Counted from the stretch's first letter, positions 52,875-59,555 are shown. The stretch is DNA of 64,000 nt from a virus (IMGVR_UViG_3300043399_001190); one strand, 5' to 3'. The notes: generated from the letters alone by a model not told the origin. Numbers and translations: made by a program.

Positions 52875-52890
52875 CTCGCTTTTTAAGGAG
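52875..52890 (+). promoter_or_regulatory. ROSE-like RNA thermometer hairpin over the hsp20 SD
   Basis: CUCGCUU-UUU-AAGGAG pairs with a bulged G, matching the U(U/C)GCU:AGGA ROSE signature. Confidence 0.6.
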
Positions 52891-52896
52891 AAAAAA

Positions 52897-53343
52897 ATGA
52901 ACTATGGTAGATCGCTACTTCCTGCAACTGTTGGTTTCGACCGCCTTCTTTCCACAATGGAAGAATTTGACCGTATGTTAGACGGTAACAAGGTCCCAAC
53001 ATATCCACCTTACAACATTATCAAAGAAGGTGATAACAATTACACCATTGAGATTGCCATTTCTGGCTTCAAAAATGATGAAATTGAAATTACCACGGAA
53101 GGTAACAAGTTGTATGTCAACGGTGCAATTAAGCTTGCACAAACCGAAGGTCGTGAATACCTACACAAAGGTATTGGAACAAGAAACTTCACACACAAAT
53201 ACACCGTGGCTGATACGGTCGTTGTGAAGGGTGCCGATATTGTTGATGGTCTTCTAGTTATTCAATTGGAAAATATGATTCCTGAGGAGAAAAAACCTAG
53301 GAAAATTGAGATTGGCAAAAAAACAACAGAGCTATTGACATGA
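52897..53343 (+). CDS. Small heat shock protein Hsp20 (IbpA-like)
   Basis: YPPYNI, IE.A..GF, YLHKGI..R.F, GLL.I.L...IPEEKKPR.I. Confidence 0.95.
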   Translation: MNYGRSLLPATVGFDRLLSTMEEFDRMLDGNKVPTYPPYNIIKEGDNNYTIEIAISGFKNDEIEITTEGNKLYVNGAIKLAQTEGREYLHKGIGTRNFTHKYTVADTVVVKGADIVDGLLVIQLENMIPEEKKPRKIEIGKKTTELLT

Positions 53344-53363
53344 TGTAAAAAAACATGTAGAAT
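53335..53363 (+). promoter_or_regulatory. sigma70-type promoter
   Basis: TTGACA-17-TAGAAT. Confidence 0.75.
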
Positions 53364-53388
53364 TCAGCCATGTAGCTTGGATTCTATC

Positions 53389-53517
53389 ATGGAAATTTAT
53401 CTGTCATCTCTAAGTCTTTTTGCAATGGGCACTTTTATCGGTGCCCTTTTTGGTCGGTTAATTACCTTTGGTGTCCTTGCGGTTTCCTTAATTTGTATGT
53501 TGGTGATAAAATCATGA
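53389..53517 (+). CDS. 42-aa hydrophobic membrane peptide (not in the ORF track)
   Basis: MEIYLSSLSLFAMGTFIGALFGRLITFGVLAVSLICMLVIKS; ATGA overlap with the next gene. Confidence 0.5.
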   Translation: MEIYLSSLSLFAMGTFIGALFGRLITFGVLAVSLICMLVIKS

Positions 53518-53711
53518 AAACGAAAGAACATAAACCCGTAAAAATGCGTAATAAAATTTCTCTACAAGAAGTCTATTACACTTATACGCATTGGCCTGTT
53601 CGTGAAATTGATGGTGTCTCATTTTTACCTGTGGTAAAAGAGTTGCCAACAAATCAAAAAACGCCTACAATACATTATATTCGGAAAGATTCTCTGGAGA
53701 AAGTTTTATGA
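53514..53711 (+). CDS. Hypothetical protein
   Basis: ATGA-coupled at both ends. Confidence 0.6.
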   Translation: MKTKEHKPVKMRNKISLQEVYYTYTHWPVREIDGVSFLPVVKELPTNQKTPTIHYIRKDSLEKVL

Positions 53712-54631
53712 AAATTGCAGTTTGCTCGGATGTTCATCTTGAATTTGGACCTATTAGCCTCGAAAACACCGAGAATGCTGATGTTCTTATCTTGTCCGGC
53801 GACATTTGTGTTGCAAGCGGACTAAAGGAGCGTGACACTTATAATGTCATGGGTGAAAATGATAAATCCAATCAATTTCATACGTTCTTTCAAGAATGCA
53901 GTTCTAGATTCCCTGCCGTCATTTACATCGCCGGGAATCATGAACATTATCATGGTGATTATGCTAAGTCTATTGGAATTATCCGTGATCGTCTTGGTTA
54001 TCTGGTTAATGTCCATGTTCTAGATAAAGAATCCGTTATTCTGAATGGTCATCTATTCATTGGTGGTACTCTTTGGACTGATATGAATAAAGAAGATCCT
54101 GTAACCCTGAATCGCATCAAAGATTACATGAATGACTATCGAATCATTGAAAATAGTAATGAACAGGTAAGTTTTAAAGTTTATAAAGAAAAACTAAAAC
54201 CGGTTGGCATGACTGATGAAGAGTGGTTGGCGCAGCCTTATGATAGCCGAGTTGTTATGAAATTTGAAACTCGTCCGGCAAAATTTTCTCCGGAAGAATC
54301 CATAAAAGATCATAAGGCTATGTTGGAATATATTAAGAACACAATTGATCTTAATCCGAATGTGCCTGTGGTTGTTGTCGGTCATCATTCACCGTCAAAG
54401 TTGTCCGTGAAACCGCGTTACAAAGGTGATGTGGTTGTGAATGGTGCATATAGCTCGGACTTGTCTGAGTTTATTTTGGATCATCCACAAATTAAATTGT
54501 GGACACATGGACATACACATGATGTATTCGATTATATGATTGGTACAACTCGTATCGTTTGTAATCCTCGTGGTTATATCGGTTATGAAGATCGTGCGGA
54601 AGATTTTAATTTAAAATTTTTGGAGATTTGA
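53708..54631 (+). CDS. Calcineurin-like metallophosphoesterase
   Basis: SDVHLE, SGDI, GNHE, GHH.P, HGHTH, NPRGY. Confidence 0.92.
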   Translation: MKIAVCSDVHLEFGPISLENTENADVLILSGDICVASGLKERDTYNVMGENDKSNQFHTFFQECSSRFPAVIYIAGNHEHYHGDYAKSIGIIRDRLGYLVNVHVLDKESVILNGHLFIGGTLWTDMNKEDPVTLNRIKDYMNDYRIIENSNEQVSFKVYKEKLKPVGMTDEEWLAQPYDSRVVMKFETRPAKFSPEESIKDHKAMLEYIKNTIDLNPNVPVVVVGHHSPSKLSVKPRYKGDVVVNGAYSSDLSEFILDHPQIKLWTHGHTHDVFDYMIGTTRIVCNPRGYIGYEDRAEDFNLKFLEI

Positions 54632-54633
54632 TT

Positions 54634-54915
54634 ATGCCTTTGTTTGAGATTGACGTTTTGGTTCCTTTCCGCAACAAGTATATTATTGAAGCTGATACAC
54701 TGGAACATGCATATGATGAATTGGTTATGACTGAGCATAGTCGTGAATTTGATGAAGTTTCACAAAAGTTTTTGGGTGAACAAATCATTGAAGGTAGGGA
54801 AATTAAACGTGAGGATGTTCCGGTTTTAATTAACCGTCTTAAAAATATTAAAGAAGAATTATGTTGTCACTGGATGGAAGATAAACTAATCCATAAGGTG
54901 AATTACGATAAATAA
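54634..54915 (+). CDS. Hypothetical protein
   Basis: SD ggag 8 nt before the ATG. Confidence 0.55.
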   Translation: MPLFEIDVLVPFRNKYIIEADTLEHAYDELVMTEHSREFDEVSQKFLGEQIIEGREIKREDVPVLINRLKNIKEELCCHWMEDKLIHKVNYDK

Positions 54916-54920
54916 AATAT

Positions 54921-54996
54921 TCCGGCGTTCGTATAATGGATAATACAAGGGTCTTCTAAGCCTTGAATATGGGTTCGATTCCTGTACGCCGGACCA
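54921..54996 (+). tRNA. tRNA-Arg(TCT)
   Basis: Cloverleaf; loop CTTCTAA; encoded CCA. Confidence 0.92.
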
Positions 54997-55017
54997 AATT
55001 ATAACAAAAGGAAATAT

Positions 55018-55467
55018 ATGTCTGTAACATTAAAAAATCTTGAGAGTGCATTGGCTGGTGAATCTATGGCACATATCAAGTATCGTTATTTTGCTAAAAT
55101 TGCCAGAGAAGAAGGATTCGAAGAAGTTGCAAAACACTTTGAACATACTGCTGACCAAGAAATTAAACATGCTTGGGGTCACCTTGAGCTTTTGATTGGT
55201 AAACCTTCAACTAAAGAATGCCTTGAGAAAGCTATTGCAGGTGAAACTTATGAATATACAGAAATGTATCCTCAGTTTCTTTCAGCCGCCGTGACTGAAG
55301 GTAATCATAATGCAGCACAGATTGCAAAAGAGCAAATTCAGGAAAGCGAAGAACATGCTCTACAATTTATGGAAGTATTGAAACTGGCTGAAAAACGTTT
55401 TGCAGCACTTCAAAAAGTTGAGCAACGTCACGCAGAAGCATATAAAAAAGTATTGGAGAATCTATAA
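55018..55467 (+). CDS. Rubrerythrin (ferritin-like diiron)
   Basis: NL..A.AGES.A...Y..FA..A..EG, E..HA, GE.YE...MYP, E..H. Confidence 0.93.
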   Translation: MSVTLKNLESALAGESMAHIKYRYFAKIAREEGFEEVAKHFEHTADQEIKHAWGHLELLIGKPSTKECLEKAIAGETYEYTEMYPQFLSAAVTEGNHNAAQIAKEQIQESEEHALQFMEVLKLAEKRFAALQKVEQRHAEAYKKVLENL

Positions 55468-55598
55468 TGTCTGAAAAAGTTTACGTTTGTGTTGTTTGTG
55501 GTCATACACTATCCGAGGCTGATTGGTTAAGCTTACCAGACTCTGCAAATTGTCCGGAGTGTGGTGTTTCTAAAAACGACTACGTTTTGATGGAATGA
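55467..55598 (+). CDS. Rubredoxin, 43 aa (not in the ORF track)
   Basis: MSEKVYVCVVCGHTLSEADWLSLPDSANCPECGVSKNDYVLME: CxxCG...W..LP...CPxCG; coupled to both neighbours. Confidence 0.9.
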   Translation: MSEKVYVCVVCGHTLSEADWLSLPDSANCPECGVSKNDYVLME

Positions 55599-56113
55599 AA
55601 CAAAAGTTCATTGATGCATATATGAAAACGGCCGAGATATTCGCAGGACTATCTTCGGCTCGTAGGCTTCATGTTGGTGCGATTATCGTAAAAGATGACC
55701 GCATCATTTCTATTGGTTACAATGGAATGCCTTCTGGTTGGGATAACAATTGTGAAGATAAAGAATACATGAGTGATAATGCCGGCGCCTGGCTGTCACC
55801 TGAAGAAATTGAAGAACGTTGGCCATATAGTGAACAACAGTTACCAAAAACCGAAAATCTTCCATGGCGCCGTTACAAACTAACAACCAAACCAGAGGTG
55901 CTTCATGCTGAAACGAACGCAATCAGTAAACTCGCTAGAAGTAATGAAGCTGGCGATAATTCTACTATGTTTTGCACTCATGCTCCATGTCTTAATTGTG
56001 CAAAGCTAATTTATCAGTCTGGTATCAATTCTGTTTATTATCGTAATAGCTATCGAAGTGAAGATGGCATACAATTTTTGGAAAAAGCAGGTGTGACGGT
56101 AAAGAAGATTTAA
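55595..56113 (+). CDS. dCMP deaminase
   Basis: GYNGMP.G, HAETNAI, PCLNC. Confidence 0.93.
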   Translation: MKQKFIDAYMKTAEIFAGLSSARRLHVGAIIVKDDRIISIGYNGMPSGWDNNCEDKEYMSDNAGAWLSPEEIEERWPYSEQQLPKTENLPWRRYKLTTKPEVLHAETNAISKLARSNEAGDNSTMFCTHAPCLNCAKLIYQSGINSVYYRNSYRSEDGIQFLEKAGVTVKKI

Positions 56114-56177
56114 TTTCATAAGGTGAAACACCACGGAGTCTAAATACAGTATAATAGGTGATTAACTGGAGACTCGT

Positions 56178-56684
56178 ATGAAATTGAGAATAGTTAATTG
56201 TCCTGATAAAGATTTCAAACCCTTCGTCGAGAGGGCTGTTCATTTTTACGGACAAAGCCTGATGAGTAAACGCCTGCTCGACAATATAAACCTCAAGGTC
56301 AAATTCAATCCAAAATTGAATGTTTGTGGCTTTGCTTCCGTTGAAGATTATAACAACTCCGGAAAACCAAGAGAATTTTTAATTGAGATTCATTCTTGGA
56401 TTGGTGCAAAAGAAATTTTCAAAACACTTGCACATGAAATGGTGCATGTCAAACAGTTTGCATATATGGAGACCAACGATTCTTTGACACGTTGGAAAGG
56501 TGCTGTGGTAGATCCTGACAACTTGGATTACTACAAACACCCTTGGGAAATTGAAGCGTATGGAATGGACACCGGTCTGTTTACAAACTTTGCCATAAAA
56601 GAAAAGCTGTGGGAAATTTTTGAAGGCATTCAAGATCCAACAACACCAATAGAAAAGAAAAAATTGGGTTGGAAACAAAAATAA
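56178..56684 (+). CDS. Putative zinc metallopeptidase (HExxH)
   Basis: LAHEMVH..Q...PWEIEAY. Confidence 0.7.
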   Translation: MKLRIVNCPDKDFKPFVERAVHFYGQSLMSKRLLDNINLKVKFNPKLNVCGFASVEDYNNSGKPREFLIEIHSWIGAKEIFKTLAHEMVHVKQFAYMETNDSLTRWKGAVVDPDNLDYYKHPWEIEAYGMDTGLFTNFAIKEKLWEIFEGIQDPTTPIEKKKLGWKQK

Positions 56685-56706
56685 TTTTAAAAATTTGAAA
56701 AACCAC

Positions 56707-56735
56707 TTGACAAGTTGCCTATATACTGTTAGAAT
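56707..56735 (+). promoter_or_regulatory. sigma70-type promoter driving the leader peptide
   Basis: TTGACA-17-TAGAAT. Confidence 0.8.
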
Positions 56736-56758
56736 TTAATTTTTATTGGAGAAATTCT

Positions 56759-56866
56759 TTGTTACTCATATCGAAACCCGTTCTGTTAACATGCGAGTAT
56801 CGCACACCATTTATTGGTAGCGATAATCAGTCATGGGCGAACGGAAAAGGGGTATGTGGAACCTAA
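56759..56866 (+). CDS. 35-aa leader peptide of a candidate attenuator
   Basis: SD GGAGA, TTG start; MLLISKPVLLTCEYRTPFIGSDNQSWANGKGVCGT; its 3' end forms the antiterminator strand. Confidence 0.6.
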   Translation: MLLISKPVLLTCEYRTPFIGSDNQSWANGKGVCGT

Positions 56867-56897
56867 GAACATCTAAAAAGTAAATCAAAAGTTTCAC

Positions 56898-56929
56898 AAA
56901 CCCCAGACCTAAAAAATCTGGGGTTTTTT
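56898..56929 (+). terminator. Attenuator-type intrinsic terminator
   Basis: AAACCCCAGA-9nt-TCTGGGGTTT followed by TTT; 5' arm shared with the antiterminator helix. Confidence 0.85.
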
Positions 56930-56952
56930 GTTGTAATCTTACAACAGATGTG

Positions 56953-56980
56953 TTGACAAAACAGAAAAATCTGATACAAT
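56953..56980 (+). promoter_or_regulatory. sigma70 promoter of tRNA block 1
   Basis: TTGACA-16-TACAAT with an extended TG. Confidence 0.75.
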
Positions 56981-56990
56981 ACACATCTTC

Positions 56991-57038
56991 GCTTGAGAAA
57001 TCAGGCACAGTTCTTTAAAAAGTTAAGTGTAATTTGAT
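56991..57038 (+). promoter_or_regulatory. boxB-like GAAA hairpin plus boxA-like element, copy 1
   Basis: GCTTGA-GAAA-TCAGGC then GTTCTTTAAAAA; a 29-bp repeat is shared with 57956-57984. Confidence 0.6.
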
Positions 57039-57111
57039 CCCGGATGGTGTAGTGGCAGCACAGGAGACTTTGACTCTCTTAGTATAAGTTCGATTCTTAT
57101 TCCGGGTGCCA
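57038..57111 (+). tRNA. tRNA-Gln(TTG)
   Basis: Cloverleaf; loop CTTTGAC; CCA. Confidence 0.92.
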
Positions 57112-57300
57112 TAAGTATAACAATTGAGTGTAGATGTTGAGAAAGCAAGAGCCTCGAAATTCTTGTGAGTTGGGACTAATTATCCTAGTAGCAAACAAGT
57201 AACAACTATCACTACGTACCTCTAACCCTGCCGGCTTTATATCAAGGGTAAAATGCTGTCGAATGAGGGAGGCGACAGACTTAGTTGTTATTCTTATGGC
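57108..57300 (+). ncRNA. Structured RNA candidate closed by a 22-bp helix that starts at the tRNA-Gln CCA
   Basis: 57108-57129 pairs with 57279-57300 (one mismatch); internal hairpins CTGTCG/CGACAG and ACCCT/AGGGT. Confidence 0.55.
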
Positions 57301-57305
57301 TTATT

Positions 57306-57395
57306 GGAAGCGTGGCAGAGTCCGGTTTATTGCAACAGTCTTGAAAACTGTCGGCTCGAAAGGGTCCGTGAGTTCGAATCTCACCGCTTCCACCA
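57306..57395 (+). tRNA. tRNA-Ser(TGA)
   Basis: Long variable arm; loop CTTGAAA; CCA. Confidence 0.93.
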
Positions 57396-57400
57396 AACAC

Positions 57401-57492
57401 GGTGAAGTGCCCGAGAGGCCTAAGGGAGCGGTTTGCTAAACCGTCGATTCATGAAAATGGGTCCGTGGGTTCGAATCCCACCTTCACCACCA
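57401..57492 (+). tRNA. tRNA-Ser(GCT)
   Basis: Long variable arm; loop TTGCTAA; CCA. Confidence 0.93.
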
Positions 57493-57513
57493 ATTGTAAA
57501 TGAAAGGTAATAA

Positions 57514-57696
57514 ATGAAAACGAACAGTTCTTTCAAAATGTCTAAATCGACAAAACGTTTGCTTGCAATGCTTCCTTATGCAGATCAAGAACAACGTATT
57601 GCATTTAAACATGCTATGATTGGTGCACAACATTCTCCAAATGTTGCACCGAAAACAAGCAAAGATAAAATGCTAAAAGAAACAGAAGCAGATTAA
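57514..57696 (+). CDS. Small basic hypothetical protein
   Basis: SD gaaaggt; lies within the tRNA array. Confidence 0.55.
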   Translation: MKTNSSFKMSKSTKRLLAMLPYADQEQRIAFKHAMIGAQHSPNVAPKTSKDKMLKETEAD

Positions 57697-57698
57697 AA

Positions 57699-57788
57699 CC
57701 CGCCGTAGCTCAGGGAGAGCAGGGGGTCTTATAAACCCTTAATCTAGATAAGGTCCAGGATGTGGTTCGACTCCACACGGCGGGACCA
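57699..57788 (+). tRNA. tRNA-Ile(TAT) with atypical ~21-nt extra arm
   Basis: Acceptor CCCGCCG/CGGCGGG; loop CTTATAA; T-arm; CCA. Confidence 0.75.
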
Positions 57789-57794
57789 AATAAT

Positions 57795-57872
57795 GTGGGT
57801 GTGGCGGAGTGGTCCAACGCAACTGTCTGCAAAACAGTAAAATCGTCAGTTCAAATCTGACCACCCACTCCA
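57795..57872 (+). tRNA. tRNA-Cys(GCA)
   Basis: Loop CTGCAAA; U73; CCA. Confidence 0.92.
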
Positions 57873-57898
57873 AATGTTGTTTTTCTACAACACACTGG

Positions 57899-57926
57899 TT
57901 GACAAAAAAGCCAGTTCATGTAGAAT
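57899..57926 (+). promoter_or_regulatory. sigma70 promoter of tRNA block 2
   Basis: TTGACA-16-TAGAAT. Confidence 0.75.
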
Positions 57927-57936
57927 ACGTTTCATC

Positions 57937-57984
57937 GATTGAGAAATCAATCATTGTTCTTTAAAAAGTTAAGTGTAATTTGAT
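57937..57984 (+). promoter_or_regulatory. boxB-like GAAA hairpin plus boxA-like element, copy 2
   Basis: GATTGA-GAAA-TCAATC then TGTTCTTTAAAAA. Confidence 0.6.
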
Positions 57985-58060
57985 GCACCTATCGTCTAAC
58001 GGTTAGGACGCTGCCCTTTCAAGGCGGAAACGAGGAGTTCGATTCTCCCTAGGTGTGCCA
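57985..58060 (+). tRNA. tRNA-Glu(TTC)
   Basis: Loop CTTTCAA; CCA. Confidence 0.92.
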
Positions 58061-58184
58061 TTTCTTTTGTTGATTGTAAGCCACGGCAGAAACGTTCAAT
58101 GCTGAGTAACTATGTACATAATTGCGGTAATTCTAGACAAACCCGCATGAGCATAGCAAATAGTGCAGTCAACAAAACAAATGG
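58058..58184 (+). ncRNA. Structured RNA candidate closed by a 21-bp helix that starts at the tRNA-Glu CCA
   Basis: 58058-58078 pairs with 58164-58184 (one C-C mismatch); inner stems CTATG/CATAG and TGCGG/CCGCA. Confidence 0.55.
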
Positions 58185-58197
58185 TAAAAAATCAAAT

Positions 58198-58272
58198 GCG
58201 GGTGTAACTCAGAGGCAGAGTAACTGGCTTTTAACCAGTAAGTCGAGATTTCGAAATTCTCCACCCGTACCA
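58198..58272 (+). tRNA. tRNA-Lys(TTT)
   Basis: Loop CTTTTAA; CCA. Confidence 0.9.
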
Positions 58273-58278
58273 AATTTT

Positions 58279-58371
58279 GGAGGTCTTGATGCTATGGCGT
58301 GTGCATCCCCGGACTGTAAATCCGGTCCCTCGTGGTAAACAATCTTGGTTCGACTCCAAGGACCTCCACCA
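58279..58371 (+). tRNA. tRNA-Tyr(GTA)
   Basis: Loop CTGTAAA; long variable region; CCA. Confidence 0.88.
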
Positions 58372-58381
58372 CAAATACTAA

Positions 58382-58612
58382 GACAACACTTAGTAAGATG
58401 AGTAGATGAAAACCGACCCAGGGTGAGATCCTGGGCTTCAGCGGCGGGACTCTGATCCAAGACCTGACGAACGATAAGCAAAGTCGGTCCAGTAGGGGTA
58501 AGAAAAGTGTTGTCAGCGGAAAAAGCTGCCGAAGGACAGAAGTTACAAACATACACATTTGATATCTATAGAATCGAGTGGCAATTTGTTTCTAACGCCG
58601 TGTATTCCTTCA
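58382..58612 (+). ncRNA. Structured non-coding segment (about 230 nt)
   Basis: GACAACACTT/AAGTGTTGTC, CCCAGG/CCTGGG, ACCGAC/GTCGGT and GAAGGA/TCCTTC helices. Confidence 0.45.
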
Positions 58613-58620
58613 AGAATTTT

Positions 58621-58695
58621 GGTCTCAAAGTGTTCATGGACGCACATCAGCCTGTCACGCTGAAAGAAGGGGATCGTTACCCCTTGGGACCGCCA
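58621..58695 (+). tRNA. tRNA-Asp(GTC), atypical T-loop ATCGTTA
   Basis: Loop CTGTCAC; G73; CCA. Confidence 0.87.
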
Positions 58696-58702
58696 AGTTT
58701 AT

Positions 58703-58777
58703 TCCGGTGTAGCACAGAGGTAGTGCAGGTGACTGTTAATCACTTGGTCGTTGGTTCGATCCCAGCCACCGGAGCCA
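58703..58777 (+). tRNA. tRNA-Asn(GTT)
   Basis: Loop CTGTTAA; CCA. Confidence 0.92.
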
Positions 58778-58782
58778 CTTTT

Positions 58783-58837
58783 AGAATGCGTTCAGCAATT
58801 AAAAACTTTACTTGGAATAAAGCAAAAAAGCATTCTG
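58783..58837 (+). ncRNA. Family A RNA, copy 1 (displays a Pro UGG anticodon stem-loop)
   Basis: AGAATGC/GCATTCT stem, GTTCAGCAA, CTTTA-CTTGGAA-TAAAG. Confidence 0.65.
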
Positions 58838-58846
58838 TTTTATAAT

Positions 58847-58924
58847 GCCCCGGTGACGGAATTAGGTATACGTGTTGGTCTTAGAAACCAAATTTTAGGA
58901 GTTCGAGTCTCCTCTGGGGCACCA
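58847..58924 (+). tRNA. tRNA-Leu(TAG), short variable loop
   Basis: Loop CTTAGAA; CCA. Confidence 0.88.
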
Positions 58925-58925
58925 C

Positions 58926-58954
58926 TTGACTCGCTTTGATTGATGGCGTATAAT
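58926..58954 (+). promoter_or_regulatory. sigma70 promoter inside the tRNA array
   Basis: TTGACT-17-TATAAT. Confidence 0.7.
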
Positions 58955-58967
58955 AAGATAAATAATC

Positions 58968-59074
58968 AATCATTTTTATGAAGCACATTGTTAGTTAAAG
59001 GGGTTGGCGTCCTGAAGCAGAAGCGGCCAGCAGCCAATTGGGTTGATCTTCTGTCAGTGTGTTTCATAAAGATT
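58968..59074 (+). ncRNA. Family B long-stem RNA, copy 1
   Basis: TTTATGAAGCACATTG pairs with CAGTGTGTTTCATAAA. Confidence 0.5.
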
Positions 59075-59149
59075 GGGGGATTAGTGCTAATGGGAACACA
59101 CTTGTTTTGCAAGCAAGAATTAGGAGTTCGATTCTCCTATCCTCCACCA
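59075..59149 (+). tRNA. tRNA-Ala(TGC)
   Basis: Loop TTTGCAA; G3:U70 identity pair; CCA. Confidence 0.92.
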
Positions 59150-59159
59150 AAAGATTTTT

Positions 59160-59235
59160 GCCCCTGAAGCATTGCTGGCGATGCAACTGATTTGTAACCA
59201 GAAGATAGGCGGTTCGATTCCGTCCGGGGGCACCA
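59160..59235 (+). tRNA. tRNA-Thr(TGT)
   Basis: Loop TTTGTAA; weak anticodon stem; CCA. Confidence 0.85.
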
Positions 59236-59243
59236 AGTTTTAT

Positions 59244-59308
59244 GCGGTCGTTTTAAACAACAATAGGGTCCACCTGTTGTCTACGTGGGAATCGTAGTGA
59301 CCGCTCCA
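59244..59308 (+). ncRNA. D-armless tRNA-like RNA ending in CCA
   Basis: GCGGTCG/TGACCGC acceptor followed by T-CCA; ACAACA/TGTTGT arm; CTACG-TGGGAAT-CGTAG arm. Confidence 0.55.
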
Positions 59309-59315
59309 GTTTTAT

Positions 59316-59392
<77 letters not shown>

Positions 59393-59400
59393 GTTTTTAT

Positions 59401-59476
59401 TGCGGCGTAGGGAAATGGTATCCCACTGGCCTCATAAGCCAGAGGTAGTTGGTTCGATTCCAACCGTTCGCAACCA
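59401..59476 (+). tRNA. tRNA(CAT), Met or Ile2
   Basis: Loop CTCATAA; bulged acceptor stem; CCA. Confidence 0.8.
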
Positions 59477-59480
59477 ATAA

Positions 59481-59555
59481 GGTTGTATGACGTAGACGGA
59501 TGCGTACCGCCCTCATAAGGCTAGGAGGTTGGATCGTTACCAACTACAACCACCA
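59481..59555 (+). tRNA. tRNA(CAT), Met or Ile2; atypical T-loop ATCGTTA
   Basis: Loop CTCATAA; imperfect anticodon stem; CCA. Confidence 0.75.

Noticed and set aside
56791-56883. Alternative leader frames MRVSHTIYW (ATG 56791) and MGERKRGMWNLRTSKK (ATG 56833)
   Set aside because: Neither has an SD. The TTG frame has GGAGA at suitable spacing and stops exactly at the antiterminator strand. Ribosome profiling would be needed to exclude them fully.
57735-57755. Amber suppressor tRNA or TAG recoding
   Set aside because: The CUA loop forms only in an alternative fold that breaks the cloverleaf. Core genes are intact under the standard code. I saw no TAG stops among the genes checked, but TAG rarity is normal in T4-like phages.
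58382-58514. Hammerhead ribozyme (CUGACGA...GAAA with a stem III-like helix)
   Set aside because: Stem I pairs for only 2 bp and stem II cannot close next to the core.
58099-58845. Plus-strand ORFs 58099-58338 and 58507-58845 and minus-strand ORFs across the tRNA array
   Set aside because: They overlap well-formed tRNA genes, lack RBSs and have no recognisable protein features.
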